A stretch of DNA of 64,000 bases from an uncultured Planctomycetaceae bacterium. Its GTDB lineage: Bacteria; Planctomycetota; Planctomycetia; Planctomycetales; Planctomycetaceae. Below, in pieces: positions 10,773 through 20,873 of this stretch (position 1 is the first letter of the stretch; each line of letters begins with the position of its first letter). The notes under the pieces are model-generated. The model saw only the letters and a list, made by a program, of their open reading frames with translations, did no database searches and was not told the origin of the DNA. Where the stretch lies: NCBI GenBank assembly GCA_963813715.1, contig CAWFAK010000017.1:320001-384000 (forward strand), read 5' to 3'. Position numbers and translations under genes: made by a program.

Positions 10773-12545
10773 GTGCTGAAATCCCAGCAAAACCTGACGC
10801 AGAGCCGATGGGCGTGTCGCTCGATCCTGGGCGTCTGCTTTTGTGTGCTGGGTTTTTGTGGAACTGCGTCGCCGAGCGCGGCCGACCCCGCTCCCCCGGC
10901 CGCGAACGGTTCGTCCACCGCAAGCTCTTCAGCAAACGGTGAAGCCAGAGCGTCGGCGCCGCTGGTCAGCATAACGGGGACGATCGCCGGCGATTCGGCT
11001 TTCAATCAAGCGCCCTTTGCGAACGAAGAGCCTCCGAGCATTGTTGCCAGTTTTGCGCCTGCCCCCGGCACCACACCGCCGCCCGCCAATGAAGTTCCGC
11101 CAAGCCCGGACGCCAATCCTTCGGCCGCAAGTAACCTCGCGACGGACTCAGCGTCCGGAGCAACGGACAAGGACAAGAAGACGGACGATGACAAGCTTGG
11201 CGACAAAGACAAAAAAGATGAATGGAACCTGCTGCCCAAGGGTTGGAACTTCCACGCTCAGACCACCATCATCGACGACTTCCAACCCGGATTCGGTGCC
11301 CTGTACTCCGGTCCCAACAGCCTGGGCACGGCCCGCGATCGCGAAGGGACGATTACCGCCGACCTTTTTCTCGGCGCGCCGTTATGGCAGGGCGCCGAGT
11401 TTCACGCGGATTTTCTTCTATGGCAGGGCTTCGGCCTGAGTAACAGCTTTGGCCTCGAGGCCTTTCCCAACGCGGACGCGTACAAAGCCGGCAGCGCGAG
11501 TCCCAGATTCATGTTTTCACACTTCTTTGTTCGCCAAACGATCGGCCTGGGCGGAGAACAGGAGGACGTGCCCGACGGCCAATTCACGCTGCCCGGCAAG
11601 CGGGACGTTTCGCGCCTGACGATCACCGCTGGCAAGCTCAACATGGCGGAGCTTTTCGACCAGAACACCTACAACCATGACCCGCACACACAGTTCATGA
11701 GCTGGGCGAGCACCATGCTCACCTGGGATTATCCCGCCGACACCATCGGTTACACGACGGGACTTGCCTTGGAGTTGAATCAGCCAAACTGGGCCGTGCG
11801 CTATGGATGGTTTCAATTGCCCAGCATTCCGAATGGCTTCACCGCCGACGACCGGATCTTCATGTATCCCGTCGAGCCCGGGGAGGTCACCTCCGACGGA
11901 AACTTTTGGAAAGAGTGGGGCATGATCACGGAAGTCGAGCGCCGTTGGCGCATCGACGATCATCCCGGCGCCATCCGGCTGCAGGCCTGGGTCGACCACG
12001 GTCTCCTCGCCAGCTACAACGCGGCGACCACGCTTCTCGTCGCCTCGCCTCCGCCGGCGAATACTCCTCCAGGAGCGGAAATCACCATCCCCGGGGCCGC
12101 CTTCAGTTACCGTTCCAAGTACGGCTTTGGGGTGAATTGGGAACAGGAAATTGCGAAGAACGTCGGCACGTTCGGTCGGGTGGGCTGGCAAGACGGCGAA
12201 ACTGCGGCGGCGGCGTTCGACGACGTCGACTGGACGGTACAGCTTGGTGTGAGCGTCAAAGGCGCCACATGGCACCGTCCCAACGACACCTTCGGTCTGC
12301 TCGGGAATTTGGCCGGTGCTTCGTCAGACCAGCAAGCCTTCCTGAAGGTGGGCGGCACGGGCATTCTGAACGGCGACGGCAACCTGACCTACGCGTGCGA
12401 GAAGTCTTTGGAAACGTATTATGACTTTTACATCGCGGCGGGCTGTCGCCTGGCGTTTGATTACCAGTTCTTCGCCGATCCGGCGTTCAACAGTGACCGC
12501 GGCCCCGTCAGCGTCTTCGGGGCACGACTTCACTGGGAGTACTAG
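10773..12545 (+). CDS. OprB-family carbohydrate-selective porin (high-affinity Mn2+ porin-like)
   Basis: Signal peptide, Pro/Ala-rich linker, WNFHAQTT, GLEAFPNADAYKAG, NTYNHDPHTQFMSW, WDYPADTIGYT, GILNGDGNL, C-terminal NSDRGPVSVFGARLHWEY. Confidence 0.85.
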   Translation: MLKSQQNLTQSRWACRSILGVCFCVLGFCGTASPSAADPAPPAANGSSTASSSANGEARASAPLVSITGTIAGDSAFNQAPFANEEPPSIVASFAPAPGTTPPPANEVPPSPDANPSAASNLATDSASGATDKDKKTDDDKLGDKDKKDEWNLLPKGWNFHAQTTIIDDFQPGFGALYSGPNSLGTARDREGTITADLFLGAPLWQGAEFHADFLLWQGFGLSNSFGLEAFPNADAYKAGSASPRFMFSHFFVRQTIGLGGEQEDVPDGQFTLPGKRDVSRLTITAGKLNMAELFDQNTYNHDPHTQFMSWASTMLTWDYPADTIGYTTGLALELNQPNWAVRYGWFQLPSIPNGFTADDRIFMYPVEPGEVTSDGNFWKEWGMITEVERRWRIDDHPGAIRLQAWVDHGLLASYNAATTLLVASPPPANTPPGAEITIPGAAFSYRSKYGFGVNWEQEIAKNVGTFGRVGWQDGETAAAAFDDVDWTVQLGVSVKGATWHRPNDTFGLLGNLAGASSDQQAFLKVGGTGILNGDGNLTYACEKSLETYYDFYIAAGCRLAFDYQFFADPAFNSDRGPVSVFGARLHWEY

Positions 12546-12781
12546 TCCGAGTCAAGGCTCCTAAACCGCCGCAGCTGTGATCGGCAGCGCGGCCGAATTC
12601 CTCTCGACGCATTTTTGCGGCCGCGATATCATCCGGCCCCTTCCAGTCTCACCGCCAAATTTCTCAGCGTCCAATTTCCCACCATCGAATTTCTCACCTT
12701 CGACTTCTCTTCGCTTTCACGCTTGAATCCGGGCCTGTTCCACTCGCCGCCTCGCCTTTCCTTCGCCTTCCAACTTCCCGT

Positions 12782-13897
12782 TTGAAGATTCCGGATGAAG
12801 CTCCACTTCGCCAAGCGCCCTGCGCCGACGAGTCCTGGCGCGCGCGCCAGGGATGGATTGCGGCTGCCTGTGTCGCCGTGTTGGTCGGCGCATTGAGCGT
12901 CGTCGGCTGCGCCGATCCGCTCTTTCACCTGCACACTTTCGGCGACATCAGCGTTAATGCGGCAATTGCTCCCAATCCGAAACAAACGCCCGTCTTCGCC
13001 TCGCTGCTGCCGCACCGGCCCCACTTCCCCAGCGCCTGCCGCGTAGCCGTCATCGACGTTGACGGCGTGCTGCTCGATTCCGACGCGACGGGAATCGGCT
13101 CGCTGGGAGAAAATCCGGTTGCCCTCTTTCGCGAGCGGCTCGATGCCATCGAGCACGATCACTGCGTGCGGGCCGTCGTGTTGCGAATTCATTCGCCTGG
13201 CGGCAGCGTGACGGCGACCGACATCATGTGGCGCGACCTGCAGGCCTTCAAAGCTCGCACCTGTTTGCCCGTCGTCGCCTGCCTGATGGATGTGGCGGCC
13301 GGCGGCGGCTATTACCTGGCCACCGGTGCCGACTGCATCATCGCCCACCCCACGACGGTCACCGGGGCCATCGGCTGCATTCTCAACGTTTACAACCTGC
13401 AGGACATGATGGCCCAGTTCAACGTCGTCGGCATCCCGATCAAGTCGGGCAAGAACGTCGACCTGGGCACGCCGATCAAAGCGCTCGATGCCGCCAGCAA
13501 GAAGCTGCTGCAGGGCATGGCCGACGAATTCCACCAGCGATTCGAGAACATCGTGATGAGCCGGCGGCCGCAGGTCGATCCGCAAAACGGCGCCACGTTC
13601 GACGGCCGGGTGTTCACCGCCAGCCAGGCGCTCGCGGTGCGGCTGATCGACCAGATCGGTTACTTCGACGACGCGGTGCAACTGGCCAACGGCATGGCCC
13701 ATCTCAACTATTCGGAAGTCGTCTTCTACCATCGCAAGGGGGATCCGGCCTACTCGGCCTACTCGTCGACCCCCAACGTGCCGCTGCAGGACAAGCTGCT
13801 GGCGCTCAATATTCCGGGACTGGAACGGACGCGGATGCCGGCGTTCCTCTATCTGTGGGACATCGAGCCGTCGCTGGACCGCATCAACGGTAAATAA
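12782..13897 (+). CDS. sppA: S49 family (SppA-like) protein with catalytic residues substituted
   Basis: VAVIDVDGVL, AVVLRIHSPGGSVTATD, AAGGGYYLATGADCIIAHPTTVTGAIG, FDGRVFTASQAL, LIDQIGYFDDA. Confidence 0.85.
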   Translation: MKIPDEAPLRQAPCADESWRARQGWIAAACVAVLVGALSVVGCADPLFHLHTFGDISVNAAIAPNPKQTPVFASLLPHRPHFPSACRVAVIDVDGVLLDSDATGIGSLGENPVALFRERLDAIEHDHCVRAVVLRIHSPGGSVTATDIMWRDLQAFKARTCLPVVACLMDVAAGGGYYLATGADCIIAHPTTVTGAIGCILNVYNLQDMMAQFNVVGIPIKSGKNVDLGTPIKALDAASKKLLQGMADEFHQRFENIVMSRRPQVDPQNGATFDGRVFTASQALAVRLIDQIGYFDDAVQLANGMAHLNYSEVVFYHRKGDPAYSAYSSTPNVPLQDKLLALNIPGLERTRMPAFLYLWDIEPSLDRINGK

Positions 13898-14053
13898 GCG
13901 TCCGGTTTCGGGTACGCGCGCCGGCAAGAATTCGCTACAGTGGGGCTCGCGCCGGACGGAATCCGGGCGCCGCAGAGAGGGAAGGGAGTCCACTGCGTTG
14001 GCGGCACGGCAGCCCCATCGTTTGCGGCTCCGTTACTCAGGGGAGCATTCGAC

Positions 14054-14944
14054 ATGGGAAAGCTTTGGGCCGTCTCTTTTCTCTTTATCGTCACGCTCGT
14101 CCCGTCGCAGATCTGTCGCGGCGGCAACCCGGTATATGACGAGTTGTTGCGTGGCGGCGTGCCGATCAGCGTTCGCGAAATTGTCCGCCTGCCCGCCCCC
14201 ACGCTCACCGACGGCATGACCGCCGCACAACAGCAGCAAGCGATCGAAGCGATCGCCGACGGCCGCGCGTGGGAGGATCTCACGCGTCGCTCGGTCAATG
14301 CTCCGTTCGTCTTCAAGATCAGCAAGGACGAAATCGATTCGAGCCGATTGGGTCGGCGCGTCGATTTGTGGTTTGTCGCCTATGGCAACATGTCGACGCT
14401 CGAAAACAATGAATGGCTCGAGCGACAGTTCAAGACCACCGGCAACGAGACCGATCCGGACAACGGCGCCGTGGCCAAGGTCGTTCCGGAGAGTGAGCTG
14501 CTTCGTCACGGGCTCAAGGGCCCGCAGAGTGCGGACGATTCGCAGTTTGTTTTCGCCGAGCTGACGCTGTTGGATCGCGTGCGAGTCTCCGTGACGACGC
14601 GCGGCTCGAAGCAAGTAACGCGCGACTCGGTCATTTCCGCGTCACTGCTCGATCCGCGTTTCGCAGCGGACTCCGCCTACGCGAACCGCTGGAAACCGGT
14701 GCTTCGCGATGACAACACGGGCCGCAGATACCTGGGCAAGCCCGAGCCATACTTCGGCTACGGCAGCTACGCCAAGGCGACGCGGCTGCTCGGTCCGTCG
14801 GGCGCGATCCTGATCGAATACCACGCGGCTTTCGCTGAGCCGGAAGGCTGGTTCAACGGCAACAACTATTTGTGCTCGAAGCTGCCGATCCTCGCCCAAA
14901 TGATCGTCCGTCAGCTGCGTCGCGAGCTGGTTAAGAGCCACTGA
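14054..14944 (+). CDS. Secreted hypothetical protein
   Basis: ATG after GGGAG; N-terminal signal-like segment; long intact ORF co-oriented with sppA. Confidence 0.7.
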   Translation: MGKLWAVSFLFIVTLVPSQICRGGNPVYDELLRGGVPISVREIVRLPAPTLTDGMTAAQQQQAIEAIADGRAWEDLTRRSVNAPFVFKISKDEIDSSRLGRRVDLWFVAYGNMSTLENNEWLERQFKTTGNETDPDNGAVAKVVPESELLRHGLKGPQSADDSQFVFAELTLLDRVRVSVTTRGSKQVTRDSVISASLLDPRFAADSAYANRWKPVLRDDNTGRRYLGKPEPYFGYGSYAKATRLLGPSGAILIEYHAAFAEPEGWFNGNNYLCSKLPILAQMIVRQLRRELVKSH

Positions 14945-14974
14945 CCTCAGGTTACGACCGCGCAGGTCTTTTCT

Positions 14975-15042
14975 TGTAGGGCAGGCTCTGCCTGCCGCTC
15001 GCTACGTCTCGAACACGGACGGCAGGCAGAGCGTGCCCTACA
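14975..15042. repeat. GTAG-type REP doublet (REPIN-like)
   Basis: tgtagggcaggctctgcctgccg ... cggcaggcagagcgtgccctaca inverted arms. Confidence 0.8.
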
Positions 15043-15150
15043 CGTCCGCGGGATCGCCTCCAAAGTTTCGCCAATGCCTGCGCTGTTGACTCGCTCTCAT
15101 GCGGCGCTTATCACAGACGGCGCCGCGTGCCTTCTTTGCGAGATCCCGCG

Positions 15151-15642
15151 ATGGGCGAAGTTGAACTCCGCGTGAATGGAGTCAGGCACCACGTCCCGGC
15201 CGAGCCCGAGCGAATGCTCCTCGGAGTGCTCCGCGACGAATTGGGGCTGACCGGCAGCAAGTATGGCTGCGGCGAGGGACAATGCGGCGCGTGCACGGTC
15301 GTGCTGGACGGCCGGGCCGTGCGATCGTGCCGCATGGCGCTCTCCGACTGTGCCGAAAAGCCGATCACCACGATCGAAGGGCTCGCGCACGACGGCAAGT
15401 TGCATCCGCTGCAGCAGGCCTTTCTCGATGCCGGGGCGCTGCAGTGCGGCTACTGCATGTCGGGCATGATCATGAACGGCTATGCCCTGCTCTCCAGGCA
15501 CAGCGCACCCACGCGGCAGCAGACTGTGCAGGCAATGGAGGGCAACATTTGTCGCTGCGGCACGTATCAACGCATCCTCGCGGCCATCGACCAGGCGGCT
15601 GAAACGCAGAGAGCGGGCGCGGCGAAGAGGGCCGAGCGATGA
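15151..15642 (+). CDS. (2Fe-2S)-binding subunit of xanthine dehydrogenase-family oxidoreductase (IorA/CoxS-like)
   Basis: GSKYGCGEGQCGACTV, QCGYC, NICRCGTY. Confidence 0.95.
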   Translation: MGEVELRVNGVRHHVPAEPERMLLGVLRDELGLTGSKYGCGEGQCGACTVVLDGRAVRSCRMALSDCAEKPITTIEGLAHDGKLHPLQQAFLDAGALQCGYCMSGMIMNGYALLSRHSAPTRQQTVQAMEGNICRCGTYQRILAAIDQAAETQRAGAAKRAER

Positions 15643-17888
15643 CCCGCGTGGCCAAAAACTCGCGCCTGTTGACCGCGAGCCAACGCGACGTCCACATCGA
15701 TCTGCCGGCGCTGGATGAGCCGGAGCGATACGAGCTGCGCGAAGAGCCCAAGTATCGCTTCGAGGCAGACCGGCGCGATTTCTTGAAGACGCTCGGCGGA
15801 GGCATTGTGATCTGCCTGGTGACGCGAGTCGCTTGCGCCCAGCGCCCTGGTCGGCGCGGCGGCGGAGGTCGAGGCGGTCGCGGAGGGAACGTGCCGCAGT
15901 CGATCGGTGCCTGGCTCCACTTGAACGAAGCGGGCGAGGTCACCGTCTGCACCGGAAAAGTCGAGATCGGGCAGAATATCCGCACGTCGCTCACGCAGGC
16001 GGTCGCCGAAGAGCTACGCCTGCCGACGAACCGCATTCGCCTGATCATGGCCGATACGGACCTGGTTCCGTATGACTTTGGCACCGCCGGCAGCATGACC
16101 ACGCGCATGATGTCACCACAGCTCCGACGCGTGGCGGCCACCGTGAGAGAGCTGCTCCTCGACCTGGCGGCCAAGGAATTGTCGGTCGATCGCGGCACGC
16201 TGTCGGTCGTCGACGGCACCGTCTCGCACGCAGCCTCGCACCGGTCGCTGACGTTCGGCGAGTTGGCCAAAAAGGGCCAGTTGACCAAAACGATCAGCGA
16301 CGATGCACCGTTGACGCCGGCGAGCCGCTGGCAGGTCGCGGGCACGTCGGTCGCCAAGGTCGACGGCGCAGCGTTCGTCACCGGTCGGCACGAATACGCG
16401 TCCGATGTGCGGCGACCGGGCATGCTGTTCGGCAAGGTGCTCCGGCCCGAGTCGCTGCACGCGAAACTGGTTTCGGTCGATTTCGCGAAGGCGCAGGCCC
16501 TGCCCGGCGTCACCGTGGTGCATGACGGCGATTTCGTCGGCGTGGCGGCGCCCTCCTTGCCTGGCGCGGAGCAAGCCCTCGCGGCCATTACCGCAAAGTG
16601 GAAGGCCGAGACCGTTGTTTCCGACGCCCAGCTGTTCGAGGACCTGAAGAAATCCGAAGGTGGGGGAACCGGGTCGGGCTTCGGCGGCCGATCGAATTAC
16701 TCGCGCGGCAAGATCGAACAGGGGCTGAAGGCGGCCGACCATCGCGTCCAGGCGACCTATACGATTTCGTACATCGCGCACGTGCCGCTCGAGCCGCGGG
16801 CGGCGGTCGCCGAGTGGTCGGGTGAAAAACTCACGGTCTGGACGGGAACGCAGATGCCGTTTCGCGTGCGGAGCGAACTGGCGCGTGCTTTCTCGGTTGC
16901 GGACGAAAGCGTGCGAGTGATCGTCCCCGATATGGGTTCCGGATACGGCGGCAAGCACACGGGTGAATCAGCCCTCGAAGCGGCCCGCCTTGCCAAGGCA
17001 GCCGGCAAACCGGTGAAACTGAATTGGACTCGCCAGGAAGAGTTCACCTGGGCCTATTTCCGGCCGGCCGGCGTCATCGAAGTTTCGGCCGGCGTGAAAA
17101 AGGACGGCACGATCACCGCCTGGGAGTTTCATAACTACAACTCGGGCGGCTCGGCCATTCGTCCCCTTTACGAGATCGCGCATCAGCGGGTTGCCTATCA
17201 CCCCAGCGATGCCCCCTTGCGGCAGGGCTCCTATCGGGCGCTGGCAGCGACGGCCAACCACTTCGCCCGCGAATGCCACATCGACGACTTGGCCCACGCG
17301 GCAGGCATCGATCCGCTGGCGCTCCGGCTGAAGAACCTGAAGGACGAGCGGCAGCGGGCCGTCCTCGAAGCGGCCGCCCAGAAGTTCGGCTGGGGACCCC
17401 AGAACAAGCCGTCGGCGGAACGCGGCTTCGGCCTGGCCTGCGGTTCCGAGAAGGGAAGCTATGTCGCCACGTGTGCCGAGGTGTCGATCAATCCCCAAAA
17501 CGGCAAGGTCCACGTCGAGCGGGCGGTGACGGCGTTTGAGTGCGGGGCGATCATCAATCCCGAAAACTTGCGGAACCAGTGCGAGGGCGCGTTGATGATG
17601 GGCCTGGGCGGCGCGCTCTTCGAGGCGATCCGTTTCGACGAGGACAAGATCCGGAACCCGAAGCTCTCGCTCTACCGCGTTCCCCGATTTGCCGATCTGC
17701 CGACAATCGAGATCGTGCTCGTCGATCGCAAGGATCTCCCCTCCGTCGGCGCCGGCGAAACTCCGATCGTCGCCATCGCCCCAGCCATCGGCAACGCCAT
17801 CTTCCAAGCCACGGGGAAACGACTGACTTCGATGCCGATGGCGCCGCGGGCTGCCGAGTTAGTTGGCCGTCGCTCTCGGTCGCATTGA
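15639..17888 (+). CDS. Molybdopterin-binding oxidoreductase large subunit (IorB-like)
   Basis: Tat-like RRDFLK, GKVEIGQNIRTSLTQAVAEEL, AHVPLEP, GSGYGGK, GAGETPIVAIAPAIGNAIFQATGKRL; ATGA overlap with the small subunit. Confidence 0.93.
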   Translation: MTRVAKNSRLLTASQRDVHIDLPALDEPERYELREEPKYRFEADRRDFLKTLGGGIVICLVTRVACAQRPGRRGGGGRGGRGGNVPQSIGAWLHLNEAGEVTVCTGKVEIGQNIRTSLTQAVAEELRLPTNRIRLIMADTDLVPYDFGTAGSMTTRMMSPQLRRVAATVRELLLDLAAKELSVDRGTLSVVDGTVSHAASHRSLTFGELAKKGQLTKTISDDAPLTPASRWQVAGTSVAKVDGAAFVTGRHEYASDVRRPGMLFGKVLRPESLHAKLVSVDFAKAQALPGVTVVHDGDFVGVAAPSLPGAEQALAAITAKWKAETVVSDAQLFEDLKKSEGGGTGSGFGGRSNYSRGKIEQGLKAADHRVQATYTISYIAHVPLEPRAAVAEWSGEKLTVWTGTQMPFRVRSELARAFSVADESVRVIVPDMGSGYGGKHTGESALEAARLAKAAGKPVKLNWTRQEEFTWAYFRPAGVIEVSAGVKKDGTITAWEFHNYNSGGSAIRPLYEIAHQRVAYHPSDAPLRQGSYRALAATANHFARECHIDDLAHAAGIDPLALRLKNLKDERQRAVLEAAAQKFGWGPQNKPSAERGFGLACGSEKGSYVATCAEVSINPQNGKVHVERAVTAFECGAIINPENLRNQCEGALMMGLGGALFEAIRFDEDKIRNPKLSLYRVPRFADLPTIEIVLVDRKDLPSVGAGETPIVAIAPAIGNAIFQATGKRLTSMPMAPRAAELVGRRSRSH

Positions 17889-18023
17889 TTCTGTCGGGTT
17901 GCCATCTGTCAGGTTGCCAAACGGGCACAAAGCCCACGAAGGACGCGTTGACTTGCACGGGCGAGACTCCTTCGCGACCTTGTGACGCTGACGATCTCTC
18001 CTAGGCGCTAAGAAGGAAGCAAA

Positions 18024-19443
18024 ATGCCCCTGCATCGCGTGCGGAAGTCCGGTCGGCGTCAGCACACGGATTCGGACGACATCTATACCGCGGCCGTTCT
18101 CGGCGCGTCCTTGCCGCGAGACCGGTTCCCCAAGCAGGAGGCTCCGGGCGACCAGATTTACGCTGCGCTTCACGACGAATTGCTCCTCGACGGCAACTCC
18201 CGGCAGAACCTGGCGACGTTCTGCCAGACGTGGGTCGAGCCCGAAATTCGCAAGCTGATGGACGACTGCATCGACAAAAACATGATCGACAAGGAGGAGT
18301 ATCCGCAGACAGCCGAGATCGAATCGCGCTGCGTGCACATGCTGGCCGACTTGTGGAATGCTCCCGATTTCGAGACCACGATCGGCTGCTCGACGACCGG
18401 GTCGAGCGAAGCGGCCATGCTCGGCGGCCTGGCCCTCAAGTGGAAGTGGCGCGAAGGCGCCACCGCGCCGGCAAGCCGGCCGATCGCCCGAATTTGATCT
18501 CCGGCCCGGTGCAGATCTGCTGGCACAAATTCGCCCGCTATTTCGACGTCGAGCTGCGGGAAGTTCCCGTCGAGCGCGGCCGTCTGCTCCTCTCGCCGGA
18601 CGAAGTCGTCAAGCGCTGCGACGAAAATACGATCGGCGTGGTGCCGACGCTCGGTCTCACCTTCACACTGCAATACGAACCCGTGCAGCAAATCTCCGCC
18701 GCGCTCGATGCCCTGCAGCAGCGCAGGGATTGGACATTCCAATTCACGTCGATGCGGCCAGCGGCGGGTTCTTAGCCCCGTTTGTCGAGCCCAAGCTGGT
18801 CTGGGATTTCCGGCTGCCGCGGGTCAAATCGATCAACTCGTCGGGACACAAGTACGGACTGGCTCCGCTCGGCTGCGGCTGGATCATTTGGCGGGAGGAG
18901 GCCGACCTGCCCAAGGACCTGGTGTTCGACGTGAATTATCTCGGCGGCCACCTGCCGACGTTCGCCCTCAACTTTTCACGGCCCGGGGGGCAGATCGTCT
19001 GCCAGTACTACAACTTCCTTCGCCTTGGCCGCGAGGGGTACCGCAAGATTCAGCAGGCCTGCTATGACACGTCGGCCTGGCTGGGGACGGAGATCGCGAA
19101 GCTCGGGCCGTTCGAGCCGATCTACACCGGCCACGGCGGTATCCCCGGCGTGACCTGGACGCAAAAACCGGATCCCAACGCACCCTATACGCTCTACGAC
19201 CTGGCGGACCGGCTGCGGACGCGGGGCTGGCAAGTGCCGGCGTATGCGATGCCGGCCAATTGTGAAGACTTGGTTGTGCAGCGAATTCTGGTGCGGCATG
19301 GCTTCAGCCGCGACATGGCCGGTTTGCTCCTCGACGATCTGTCGCGAGCGATGAAATACTTCGAGGCCCATCCGGTTTCGCGACCACTCACCGCGGCGGA
19401 ATCGACGGGATTCAACCACTCGGGCGTGCGGCCGAAGGCCTAA
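18024..19443 (+). CDS. gadB: Glutamate decarboxylase; apparent frameshifts near 18460 and 18725
   Basis: [52 protein letters not shown]-lysine motif [11 protein letters not shown]. Confidence 0.92.
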
Positions 19444-19471
19444 GAGATTTGAGCTGCCAAGCGATACCCGA

Positions 19472-19880
19472 ATGAAGCTGGGAACGGTGACCAAATCCGA
19501 TATCACAGCCATTGGTGAAATCCCGCGCTCAGTGGTTCGCATCTTATGGGCCGACGACTTCTACGATGTCCCATTGCGAGGAATCGCCGACGTCCGCGGT
19601 AGCCGCTATCTGTATGACGTCGTTGATCGCAGCATGCTCGGCACGGAAGAAGACGAGTCGCTCATCTACTGGCTAATCGCTCTCAGCCCTGAGCAGTTGC
19701 AGGAGGAGGAAGGGTGGCACGACCTCTTCTGCCGCAAAATGGCAACACATTTTGATTTTACGGGGCGACCGGCGCCATCCACGGAAGACGTGTCCCTCGA
19801 CGACTTCTACGAGCCGTACCGCCTTCGGGCTCAGCCGGATTACGCTAGCAACGAAGTGATAGGCTGGTTTCGATTATCAG
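19472..19880 (+). CDS. Hypothetical protein (reads through in frame into enoyl-CoA hydratase)
   Basis: First ~135 aa of ORF 19472..20812 (LWADDFYDVPLRG...WHDLFCRKMATHFD...NEVIGWF) is unrelated to the crotonase fold. Confidence 0.55.
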
Positions 19881-19981
19881 AAGCGACCGCGCCCGATCGC
19901 GCGCTGGAGCGGACGACGGGGACACTTAGGCTTTCTGGGGTTGATCCCTCGCCCCTGGGTGCTGCTGAGGAAAAGAAACGA

Positions 19982-20812
19982 ATGAGCGACGTCGTTGTCG
20001 AATCCTCACCGGGATCTCTGGTCGTTGTCTCGACGCACAAAGTCGACGGCGGCGCGATCCTTGAGATCGTCATCAATCGCCCCGAGGTGCATAACGCGGT
20101 CAACGGCACGGCCGCCAAGTTGCTGCTCGAAGCGTGGCGCCGATTTCGGGACGACGATTCGCTCACCGTGGCCATCCTCCGTGGCGCGGGGGAAAAAGCA
20201 TTTTGCTCGGGGGCCGATTTGTCGGGGCTCGACGCGCTGGCTGACCTCGGCGCGTTGCGCGACGAGATTGCGAAATTCGTCAGCGAGGGAACGGGCCCGA
20301 TGGGGGGCTCGCGCATCGTGCAGTCCAAACCCGTGATCACCGTTACGCAAGGTTTCACTTACGCGGGCGGACTGGAGCTGTTTTGCCACGGCCACATTCG
20401 GCTGGCGGAGCCGCGGGCGACCTTTTCGGTCGCGTGCCGCCGGTGGGGAGTGCCGCTGGTCGACGGCGGCACCGTCTACTTGCCCCGGCTGATTGGCTGG
20501 GGGGCCGCGTTACCGTTGATCATCACGGGGCAGCGGATTTCGGCCGAGCGGGCTTTTCAAGTTGGCTTGGTCTGGGAACTCGTGCCGCAAGGTGACGGCG
20601 TGGAACGCGCATTTTCGATGGCCCGCCAGATTTGCCAGCAACCGCGCGACGCGATGCTGGCCGATCTGCAGTCGGCGCTCGCCGGATGGCACCAGCCGCT
20701 CGGCGCGGCCTTACGTCTGGAGGCCAGTAACCTGCATCCCGTGATGAACAGCGAGAGCACGCGGCGTGGCGTCGAGGCGTTTCGCCAAGGCCAGCGGTTC
20801 TGGTTCACGTGA
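19982..20812 (+). CDS. Enoyl-CoA hydratase/crotonase family protein
   Basis: INRPEVHNAVN, FCSGADL, AGGLEL, CRRWGVPLVDGGTVYLPRLIG; purine-rich RBS before ATG 19982. Confidence 0.9.
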   Translation: MSDVVVESSPGSLVVVSTHKVDGGAILEIVINRPEVHNAVNGTAAKLLLEAWRRFRDDDSLTVAILRGAGEKAFCSGADLSGLDALADLGALRDEIAKFVSEGTGPMGGSRIVQSKPVITVTQGFTYAGGLELFCHGHIRLAEPRATFSVACRRWGVPLVDGGTVYLPRLIGWGAALPLIITGQRISAERAFQVGLVWELVPQGDGVERAFSMARQICQQPRDAMLADLQSALAGWHQPLGAALRLEASNLHPVMNSESTRRGVEAFRQGQRFWFT

Positions 20813-20873
20813 GCGGTCACCACCAGTCGCTCGTCCCGTGATTCCGGACGATTTGGCACATCACTCCCCGCGA

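Noticed and set aside
18024..19443. Programmed frameshifting or a true gad pseudogene
   Set aside because: No slippery-site signals seen, and the same indel pattern affects many unrelated genes, including birA
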